Assembly: GCA_951406725.2 (NCBI GenBank)
Contig: OX597840.1
Span: forward strand, 12,772,001 to 12,836,000
Direction of reading: 5' to 3'
Origin: Octopus vulgaris
Lineage: Eukaryota
DNA: 64,000 nucleotides
Shown here: positions 14,931 through 25,018 of the stretch, piece by piece
How the letters are laid out: every line of letters starts with the position of its first letter
Position numbering within the stretch: the first letter of the stretch is position 1
Notes under the pieces: generated by a model
Database searches by the model: none
Seen by the model: only the letters and a program-made list of their open reading frames with translations
What the model was told of the DNA's origin: nothing
Translations under genes and position numbers: made by a program

Positions 14931-15140
14931 TTGTGTATCTGTGTTTGTCCCCACTAGCATTGCTTGGCAACCAATGCTGGTGTGTTTACGTCCCCGTCAC
15001 TTAGCAGTTCGGCAAAAGAGACCAATAGAATAAGTACTGGTCTTACAAAGAATAAGTCTCGGGGTCGAGTTGCTCGATTAAAGGTGGTGCTCCAGCATGG
15101 CTGCAGTCAAATGACTGAAGCAAGTAAAAGAGTAAAATGC
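14728..15140 (+). mobile_element. tRNA-derived SINE, family 2 (GTGGCTGTGTGGTAAG head, internal microsatellite, GTAAAAGA tail)
   Basis: Box A TGGCTGTGTAGTAAG, box B GGTTCAATCCC; many dispersed copies in the window. Confidence 0.85.
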
Positions 15141-15142
15141 GT

Positions 15143-15365
15143 ATACTCTTTACTCTCTACTCTTTTACTTGTTTTAGTCATGTGACTGTGGCCATGCTGG
15201 GGCACCGCTTTTAGTCAAGCAAATCTACCCCAGGATTTATTCTTTGCAAGTCTAGTACTTATTCTATCAGTCTCTTTTGCTGAACTGCTACGTTACAGGG
15301 ACATAAATACACCAGCATCAGTTGTCAAGCAATGTTGGGAGGGGGGGTACAAACACAGACACACA
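15143..15365 (-). mobile_element. SINE family 2, 3' half, tail-to-tail with the preceding copy
   Basis: Reverse complement of the 14940-15140 type sequence. Confidence 0.8.
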
Positions 15366-15380
15366 TACATACATATATAC

Positions 15381-15413
<33 letters not shown>

Positions 15414-15522
15414 CTCAAATGTGGAAGTGATATATCTCGACTTTGCAAAGGCCTTTGATAAAGTCGATCATGGAATGATATGTCACAAACTGTGTGATCT
15501 TGGCATAGTTGGAAAATTGGGA
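15414..15522 (+). mobile_element. Truncated CR1-group LINE RT fragment
   Basis: VIYLDFAKAFDKVDHGMICHKL; near-identical to the start of the longer copy at 44058. Confidence 0.85.
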
Positions 15523-16117
15523 GTATGGTGGGGTGGCGTAGTTCGAAGGCGAAAACAATGCGAATGCATTGTGACCAGCGATGTGTAGCAACATCTGATT
15601 GTCTGGTCAGTCACGTGATTACGTGACATATATATATATATAGCAAATAAGAAAATGGAGAAGCACATTAGTTGGTTCATCAACTTTAGGACATTAAAAT
15701 GTTGACTTATTTATTTATCAAAACAACGACCATAATAACATACATACATACAGTATAATATTCAATGCATATAAGATAAGAATACAAGCAATTATTAAAA
15801 AACATGAATATAAATTATTAAGTTAACAATTTTAATATCCTAAAGTTGATGAACCAACTAATGTGCTTCTCCATTTTCTTATTTGCTATATAAATTAATG
15901 GTAAAATATCTCATTAACTTCATCCATTTAATTCAATAGGTAAGTTAATTGCAATGCAATTAAAAACACTGGTGTATTAATAATTGGGTATTATACCAAC
16001 AGTATATTGGATAAATATTATCCCTTACTTGGTTGGATCCACAACCCCTAACTTTCTTGGAGTTATACATATATATATATATATACATGTTTGTATATAC
16101 ACACACACATATATACA

Positions 16118-16171
<54 letters not shown>

Positions 16172-17951
16172 ACAAAGGTTAAAATTAATTAATTAAGAAG
16201 TAATCTGTAATTTCACCAAGTAGAATTTGGCATGAAAAAGACCATTTCATGGTAAGCTTAAGTAATACTTTATAATTAGGGTTCAGCAAAGATTTGCTTC
16301 ACCACATACCAAAGCTTAGAAATAGCAGTTAAAAAATCTTAGCTATTCCTTCTACTTTAAAAGGGGCTCCCAGAAAAACCAAAGTACTTGAAAACAATCC
16401 ATGCAGGCAAAAGGGAAAAATAATGAAAATCCTTTTAAAGTAGAAGGAATAGCTCAGATTTTTTGACCGCTATTTCTAAACTTCGGTATGTGGTGAAGCA
16501 AATCTTTGCTGAACCCTAATTATAAAGTACATATATATATTATGTATATGGGCACCTCACTCAATCAATAATTCCCCCCTGGAGATACCATAAATTCATT
16601 GACATTCTCTCTCCTAATTGTGATCAGCCATGATGCTTCCCCACAAACTCTTCTTCAATCTCTCCTCTCAGACATTAACCATCATTTAACACAAGGACAC
16701 ATCCTCTTACTCAGGTTTTGCAAACTTAAGATCTATATATCAACCTTAAGAGTGCCATTGCACTGTGAAATGGTTGATATTAAGATCATGAAGTTGTAAA
16801 AACCATTCCAAAGCAGACAATGCAACCTGGTGCAATCTTTGGATTGATTCTTGTTAATCCATGCAACCCATAACACCATAGATCAAGGACATGACATGAT
16901 AATGATCAATCAGATGCAGAACAAATATTAAACAGATGAATACATAACCAAAAGTTTCATAAAACACAACACAAAATGCATCACAAGGGACCACAAACTA
17001 AAATCAATAATATATGATATGAACTCAAAACCAAAAATCTTTTATCAATAAAACATCACATGTAAACCAAAACTCCTAATGATTACCTTCAGGAGTCCAG
17101 CACTTATTTTGGACATACTTGTACAACACTCTATTGACAGTTTCCTTTGCACTTACAACGAAACTCTGTACGACATACCATAAAACATACTTAGATAGAA
17201 AAATACTAAAAGATGACACTTGCACACTCCATGAAATTTGTCACCAGAAAAGACCATATACTGTACATACCACAATACAAAGTTAACATAAAACACAAAC
17301 AATTAACACATGGTGGCTGGCATGAAAAACCTAACAGATAACACAAAAAATTAACGTGTGATTTTTAATGAAGAAACTTAACGATGTTAAATTTTTGCGA
17401 CAAACTCGGCAGAAAAAAGAAAAATGAGTCAATAGATTTATAAAACTGAATGAAGATGTCAAAACTATTTCAAATTTAAAAATAAGGCTGTGAAGTTCTG
17501 GAATGTATATTTAGAAATTGATTGTTCTACAGTCACTGAAGAAAAATCTGATTTAAAAAAATACGGAATATATAGATATGTAGTTACATACATACACACA
17601 TACACACATACATACATACACATATATATATACATACATACGTACATACATACATACATACATACATACATACATGCATACTTATATATATATATATACA
17701 TATATGCATGATATATATACATGTATACATACAGTTAAAGATATGTATATATATATTGATTGATTGATTCTAGTTTCAGCTCATGAGCTGTGGCCATGCT
17801 GGGGCACCGCCATTTATATATTTATATATATTTATATATTTAATAATAATAATATTAGGGAATATTATTCCAAACTTACAGGGAAAAATTCAATTGAGTA
17901 ATACTAAATCAAATTTCACAATATATATATATATATATAAATAAATATATA

Positions 17952-17988
<37 letters not shown>

Positions 17989-17989
17989 T

Positions 17990-18745
17990 GATAAAACGGT
18001 AAGATAACAAAAGAAAGAAAGAGACCTCAATATTATGTAAATAGAGGAAATTTATCTATACAATATGTTACATTACTCGGTAGTCAAGATAAAACTCTGA
18101 GTTTCAGATGCCGAAGTGGAAATCCACAACACCATCTCTTCGGTTATCTGGCTATTTGAAAACGTTATGAAAAAATACCGTTAAATAAAGGGAAATTACT
18201 CTGTTATAACTCTGCTTGCCTGCGTACTTATACATCGCTCGCATTTTTCGTCATAAAAATTATATAAAAATACATAAAAAATATATAAAAATATATAAAT
18301 TCTTCTTGGGACATAACATAGAAAGCATGTTCTATCTGTTTTCTTTAGGGGACCAAAAACGTAACAGAAACTTAGTCACATGTGGGCATGATCCGAAAAG
18401 CTCTGTCCTTGTATTTAGACATGTAGTAGGGTCTAAGCTGCTTTTCCAGATAAGCCATCTCTCCATGTCGCATAGACCGCACTTTCCGCTGCCGTTATTA
18501 TAGGGCTTACATCTGGCCAAAATCTTCCATTGTATGTTATAATCGACACCTTTATCTCTTAAAGACCAAATATGATTAGACAATTGTGTCGCTTTTCTTT
18601 TGTTCCAGTGCCTAAAGCTCAAAGTGTGGTTATTGAACCTGGCCTTGAAATTACCCTCTGGTAAGAGATGGTGTTGTGGATTTCCACTTCGGCATCTGAA
18701 ACTCAGAGTTTTATCTTGACTACCGAGTAATGTAACATATTGTAT

Positions 18746-18750
<5 letters not shown>
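17990..18750 (-). mobile_element. Penelope-like 3' fragment (GIY-YIG C-terminus) with inverted terminal duplication, flanked by (TA)n
   Basis: EGNFKARFNNHTLSF...LSNHIWSLRDKG...WKILARCKPY...CGLC; 18054-18140 is inverted at 18663-18749. Confidence 0.85.
18087..18149 (-). ncRNA. Variant minimal type I hammerhead-like motif in the Penelope 3' repeat
   Basis: AGATAA-CCGAAGA-GATG...CATC-t-GAAA-CTC-a-GAG-TT-TTATCT; stems I-III pair but the core is non-canonical (CCGA, extra T). Confidence 0.45.
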
Positions 18751-18795
<45 letters not shown>

Positions 18796-19016
18796 GTTTC
18801 ATATTCTGTTGAACTGACCCAAAAATTTTACTGTTTGCAAAACAAGGAAGTTTTCTTTATAGAAACTACGTATAAGTTTTCAGTAACTAGATACAAGGGT
18901 GTTTAAAAAAATGTGATAAACCATACATTTGTTCACATGATATTATTGTATAACTATTTTAGAACAAACAATTCTTCCTTGTAAGAGATTTTCTTCACTG
19001 GAATTCTCTTCCTGGT

Positions 19017-19084
<68 letters not shown>

Positions 19085-19123
19085 ATATACATATATGAAT
19101 ATATGTGTATGTATCTATATATA

Positions 19124-19163
<40 letters not shown>

Positions 19164-19358
19164 CATACATATATGTATGTATATATATATATATACATAT
19201 ATATACACACACATATATATACACATACACATCACACACACATATAGATATATACAAGTTTGTATATACAAATATGTTTATAAATCTATATGTATTTATA
19301 AGTTTATATACAAACACATGTCCACAAACACACATATATACTTATATACACATATATA

Positions 19359-20627
19359 CAGGGTGAGATGGGTAAATTGTCTCCATTTTATATTTTTTAT
19401 TGTACGCATGCTCATTGTTTGTTTTTAATTTTCTCAACTACACAGCATAGTAGGGTCAGTTGGGCACCATCTGTGAGGAAAACAATACTATGGCCAGAAA
19501 TTTTTAAATGACATGCTGTATAGCTTGGCATTCATTCTGGAAGCTATTTCCCCTATGAACATTTCGGATTGTTTGGGTGTCAATCTGAGGACAGCGCAGA
19601 GGAATCGGGAAGAGTTTGAATGAGTCTATTGTTGATTATGAAGATATGGCAGCTCAAAAAACTCACTCTGATCATTCTGATAAGAAAAGAACTCTTGACC
19701 TTGTTGGTGAGGTTCAAGACATGGATTCCAAGACAATCAGTTCCATCACCAGGGACATGGGAATGTCTGAGTTTCTTATCAGACAGGTAGTGTGTGAAGA
19801 CGTTTATTATTCCTCATACAAGACGAGAAACAACCAGTTTTTATCCCAAGCCATTAAGGACAAGAGGAAAGACTCCTCTACGAAGTTTTTGAACAAACTC
19901 AAGTATCACCTCCAACCGAACATGCATTGGTTTTTCTCTGACAAGAAAATTTTCTCCCAGGATCAGATGGTAAACACAGAACAACTGTTGGCTTGCTGTG
20001 CCCCGAAAACATGTACCGAGAATGATAAAAATCAAGCAACCAGTTAACATCATGGTGTCTGGAGTGATCACTAGCGATGGCGAGGTTATGCCACTGATCA
20101 TCTTTCCACACGACCTCACACTCAACATGGGAACCCACATCAAGTGCCTGGAGGAGGTAGTGCTGCCTTGGGTCAAGATGGTGACTACTGGAAGACCATA
20201 TGTCTGGTAAACAGGACTCTGAACCATATCACACAAGCAGGAGAATCCAGTCATAGCTGTCTGACAATTTCTGCGATCACACCACCCCTAACATCTAACT
20301 CCCCAGACTGCAACCCCTTTGATTATGTGTGGGGTACATGTGAGCAAGAGACCAACAAAACTCCTTGTAACACCAAAGATGAACTGAAGGCAAGGATTAT
20401 GGCAGCATTCACCAACTTGAACAAGGAGACCGTCCAGAAGGGTTGAGGAGATTCCAAAGTCGTCTGGCAGGTGTGATTTAAGCCAATGGCGATTTTATTG
20501 AATAAATTTACTTTTTATTATTTCAAGATATTTTAATGTAATTTTAGTAAATATATCTGTTAAAATGAGATGTCAGTGTTTTTTCATTTTTGTGTAAGTT
20601 AGATGACAATTTATTCACTGCACCTTG
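19359..20627 (+). mobile_element. Tc1/mariner superfamily transposon (maT/DD37D-like), degenerate transposase
   Basis: TA|CAGGGTGAGATGGGTAAATTGTC ... GACAATTTATTCACTGCACCTTG|TA imperfect TIRs, 1269 bp; motifs WFFSDKKIF, IMVSGVITSDG, SPDCNPFDYVWG in shifted frames. Confidence 0.85.
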
Positions 20628-20640
20628 TACACACACACAC

Positions 20641-20680
<40 letters not shown>

Positions 20681-20940
20681 ATGTATGCATGTATGTATAT
20701 ATATATATATATATATTTAATCATTATAGGGTGGCAAAAAATTTTGTAGAATTTTTTTGCCACCAGCGGCCTAGTGGGAAAAAATTAAATAGTCATAGAC
20801 CATTTATAAGTTCAACATCACAATCAAGGAACGGCCATAATAGGCCATTCACCCACTAGAAATAACAGCCAAAGCTTCAACCGCAAAATAACATTAATTC
20901 CGCAAACCAGGAGAAAATTAAAAAAACATTTACCTTGTAA

Positions 20941-21045
20941 TTTCTTATACGATGCACCGTTTCATCTATTGTTTAATGGTAAACTAACCTGATTAAATTA
21001 AATCAAGCCAATCTTCCATAGGCCGATAGATTCGTCAGTAAGAAA
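20941..21045 (-). ncRNA. Type I hammerhead ribozyme, copy 1
   Basis: TTTCTTA-CTGACGA-ATCTAT...ATAGAT-GAAA-CGGTGCATCG-TA^TAAGAAA; 7-bp stem I, 6-bp stem II, quasi-palindromic stem III, GUA cleavage triplet. Confidence 0.8.
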
Positions 21046-21430
21046 ACAGCCAGATCGGAACATATATTTTCACGAGGCACTTCTGTCCCTGCCTCGGCAA
21101 TATCTGACCTAAAATTTTCAAATCATCGCACTCGCGCCAAATTTATCGGCAGCAAATAAATATAAGCCGCCGATTCCATTACGGAATTAACCAGAAAATT
21201 CATAATTAATCAATATAGGGTGGCAAAAAATTTTGTAGAATTCTTTTTGCCACCAGCGGCCTAGTGGGAAAAAATTAAATAGTCATAGACCATTTATAAG
21301 TTCAACATCACAATCAAGGAACGGCCATAATAGGCCATTCACCCACTAGAAATAACAGCCAAAGCTTCAACCGCAAAATAACATTAATTCCGCAAACCAG
21401 GAGAAAATTAAAAAAACATTTACCCTGTAA

Positions 21431-21535
21431 TTTCTTATACGATGCACCGTTTCATCTATTGTTTAATGGTAAACTAACCTGATTAAATTAAATCAAGCCG
21501 ATCTTCCATAGGCCGATAGATTCGTCAGTAAGAAA
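21431..21535 (-). ncRNA. Type I hammerhead ribozyme, copy 2
   Basis: Same core and stems exactly 490 nt from copy 1; lies in the spacer of the fold-back. Confidence 0.8.
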
Positions 21536-21953
21536 AAAGCCAGATCGGAACATATATTTTCACGAGGCACTTACAGGGTAAATGTTTTTTTAATTTTCTC
21601 CTGGTTTGCGGAATTAATGTTATTTTGCGGTTGAAGCTTTGGCTGTTATTTCTAGTGGGTGAATGGCCTATTATGGCCGTTCCTTGATTGTGATGTTGAA
21701 CTTATAAATGGTCTATGACTATTTAATTTTTTCCCACTAGGCCGCTGGTGGCAAAAAAATTCTACAAAATTTTTGCCACCCTATATTGTTTAATTATGAA
21801 TTTTCTGGTTAATTCCGTAATGGAATCGGCGGCTTATATTTATTTGCTGCCGATAAATTTGGCGCGAGTGCGATGATTTGAAAATTTTAGGTCAGATATT
21901 GCCGAGGCAGGGACAGAAATGCCTCGTGAAAATATATGTTCCGATCTGGCTGT

Positions 21954-22058
21954 TTTCTTACTGACGAATCTATCGGCCTATGGAAGATTGGCTTGATTTA
22001 ATTTAATCAGGTTAGTTTACCATTAAACAATAGATGAAACGGTGCATCGTATAAGAAA
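21954..22058 (+). ncRNA. Type I hammerhead ribozyme, copy 3 (inverted arm)
   Basis: CTGACGA 21961-21967, GAAAC 22036-22040, GTA 22049-22051, stem I 21954-21960/22052-22058. Confidence 0.8.
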
Positions 22059-22199
22059 TTACAGGGTAAATGTTTTTTTAATTTTCTCCTGGTTTGCGGA
22101 ATTAATGTTATTTTGCGGTTGAAGCTTTGGCTGTTATTTCTAGTGGGTGAATGGCCTATTATGGCCGTTCCTTGATTGTGATGTATATATATATATATA

Positions 22200-22483
22200 T
22201 ATAAATTAATAATAAAATATTAGGGAATAAATCCAAACTTACAGGGAAAAAGCAGATTTAGGATTAAATCCAATTTTATAGTATAAATATATTATATATA
22301 TTATATTATATTAAATTAGAGATAAAACCACTATTAGGCAAAACAAATAATGAAAAACATAAGCCAATACATAAAATTAATTAATTTATATTATTTTAAA
22401 ATAATATAAATTAATTAATTTTATGTATTGGCTTATGTTTTTCATTATTTGTTTTGCCTAATAGTGGTTTTATCTCTAATTTA

Positions 22484-22490
<7 letters not shown>
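22200..22490. repeat. AT-rich element with ~90-bp fold-back, probable truncated/inverted Penelope terminus; copy at 46945-47250
   Basis: ATTATATTAAATTAGAGATAAAACCACTATTAGGC... and its reverse complement nearly abut; head TATTAGGGAATAAATCCAAACTTACAGGGAAAAA also at ~17850. Confidence 0.6.
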
Positions 22491-22542
<52 letters not shown>

Positions 22543-22645
22543 GTATATGTATATATATACATACATATAAATATATATATATATATATATATGCATGTAT
22601 GTATGTATATATATATATATATATATGCATGTATGTATGTATATA

Positions 22646-22680
<35 letters not shown>

Positions 22681-22682
22681 AT

Positions 22683-22714
<32 letters not shown>

Positions 22715-23645
22715 GTATATGTATATATATACATATATATATATATGTATATATATAGACATATATAGACATATATATATATATACACATACATAGATAT
22801 ATACACATACATAGATATATATATATATACATATTTGTATAAATATTGAGGTTATAAGTGCTTATGTATATATATATATATACACACACACACAGAAAGA
22901 AAGAGAGATATGCATATCTATATATATATGAGCGTTTGTATGCACGTGTATGTACATACATACATTCATAATATAGAGAAAAACGGAATAGTTTACCTAA
23001 AACTCATGCATGCAATGTGTTTGGCGGTTTTTAATTATTTAAACAAATCTACAGTATTTGTTGCATGTTGATTCGGAGTTCAGCACGCTACAATATGTAT
23101 CATCAGCGGATTATATATCCGAAAAAGAAGACACTCTAAATGTAAGACACATAACGTGCTTACAGAATTGACCAATGGCTTGCATTCATAAAGAACTATA
23201 AAGCTAAGTGCTGTAAGCATGCAGAACCATTCCATATATAGAGTGACCAGCCATATAATTAGCTTCCTATAAATATATATGTATATGTATATTTAATTTA
23301 AAATTTAATAAGGGTAGAAATTGATATTAATCAATTAAAACCAGTGGCCCAGCATATTAAAAAATCCGAAGATTAAAATATTTTTGCAGACAAAATTTAA
23401 AGGACTGACCACTAAAAGTGGACGGTCAACATGCTAGATATAGACGTCAAGTCGCTATTTTCCACGAAGAATATGTTCTCAAATAAAAACTCAGCACAAA
23501 ACCAAAGCATTAAAAATATTTTATTTATTTGAGAACATATATTTTGTGGAAAATAGCGATTTGACGTCTATATCTAGCATGTTGACCGTCCACTTTTTGA
23601 GTGGTCAGTCCTTTATGTATGTATATGTATATATAGTCAACATAC

Positions 23646-23759
23646 CTTTTGTTTAGGATAACCAACAACTGGAGGAATCAGTTTTCTTTCTTCATAATCA
23701 CCTCCAAAACCAGCTTTACACATATATGATCCATTATCAATAACAATGGAAGCAACCAT
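23646..23759 (-). CDS. Divergent actin-like gene A, coding exon 1 (38 codons)
   Basis: caagcATGG context; [38 protein letters not shown]|gtatgt; matches actin [34 protein letters not shown]. Too short for the ORF track. Confidence 0.9.
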
Positions 23760-24570
23760 GCTTGTGTTTTTAGGTTGGATAGAATATTTCTGGCTGATGT
23801 ATAGAAATATTAATGTTCAGTTTCTTAGTGTTGTGGCTTGTGGGATGTGAGCTTGTCTCAAATTTAGCTTCTGGTCCTTGGTAAGAGTAAAAATGTTATG
23901 GGAAAACAGGTACAATAGTAATTTATATACGTTTCATATTCTGTTGAACTGACCAATAACTTTTACTGTTTGCAAAACAAGGAAGTTTTCTTCATAGAAA
24001 TATGTATATGTTTTCAGTAACTAGATACAAGGATGTTTAAAAAAATGTGATAAACCATACATTTGTTCACATGATATTATTGTATAAATATTTTAGAACA
24101 AACAATTCTTCCTTGTAAGAGATATTCTTCACTGGAATTCTCTTCCTGGTCCTATCTTTCCCCAAAGGTTGTGACTTCATTAGGAACATTCGTAGTATGA
24201 ATCACACCAACTGAAAAGGGCCTACAAAGGTCTTAGGGGTTGCCTCTACCTCCAGATCCTGGAAGGGAAGAGAAAAAGGAAAAAGAAACACCTTCACAAA
24301 TTGATAATGGGTGATTCTAGATTAATAACTCAACACTGGGGACCCAATTATTTTCTATTTCATAAATAGGTGCAGGTATGAAGGCAGCGAGCTGACAGAA
24401 ACTTCTTTCCATGCAGGAAATGAGGAATAGATAGACAGCCGACAACTGATGTAGGGTCGTCCTTTATATTAATTGTTCTGTTCTCCAATTTTTTCTCTCG
24501 TTGAGTATTTAATTAATTTGTTTTTGTATTTCACATTGTATACTATTGGTGATATCTTGTACCCATATAT

Positions 24571-24642
<72 letters not shown>

Positions 24643-24644
24643 AT

Positions 24645-25018
24645 ATATGGTTCCGGGTTCAGTCCCACTGTGTGGCACCTTGGGCATGTGTCTTCTACTA
24701 TAGCCTCGGGCCGGCCAATGCCTTGTGAATGGATTTGGTAGACAGAAACTGAAAGAAGCCCGTCGTATATATGTATATATATATATATATGTGTGTGTGT
24801 GTCTGTGTGTGTTTCTGTGTCTGTGTTTGTCCCCCTAGCATTGCTTGACAACCGATGCTAGTGTGTTTATGTCCCCGTTACTTAGCGGTTTGACAAAAGA
24901 GACCGATAGAATAAGTACTGGGCTTACAAAAGAATAAGTTGATTTGCTCGACTAAAGTTGATTCTCCAACATGGCCGCAGTCAAATGACTGAAACAAGTA
25001 AAAGAGTAAAAGAGTAAA
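24645..25018 (+). mobile_element. SINE family 2 (5' truncated)
   Basis: GGTTCCGGGTTCAGTCCC ... GTAAAAGAGTAAAAGAG tail. Confidence 0.85.

Larger units (their letters stand above)
20722..22184. mobile_element. 490-bp hammerhead-containing tandem/fold-back repeat (retrozyme or Penelope pseudo-LTR array)
   Basis: About 1.7 direct units (period 490) then about 1.25 inverted units; inverted arms ~20815-21430 and 21571-22184; flanked by (TA)n. Confidence 0.8.
52..23645 (-). other. Giant phase-0 intron (23.6 kb) of actin-like gene A at the actin codon 41/42 position
   Basis: GTATGT donor at 23645, TTGCAG acceptor ending at 52. Joining gives a continuous actin-homologous frame with no missing segment. 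Confidence 0.75.

Noticed and set aside
22411-22961. [14 protein letters not shown]-type ORFs (also ~19000, 29000, 48400, 50500, 51700, 55600, 59200)
   Set aside because: Translations of (TA)n, (TG)n and (TACA)n microsatellites.
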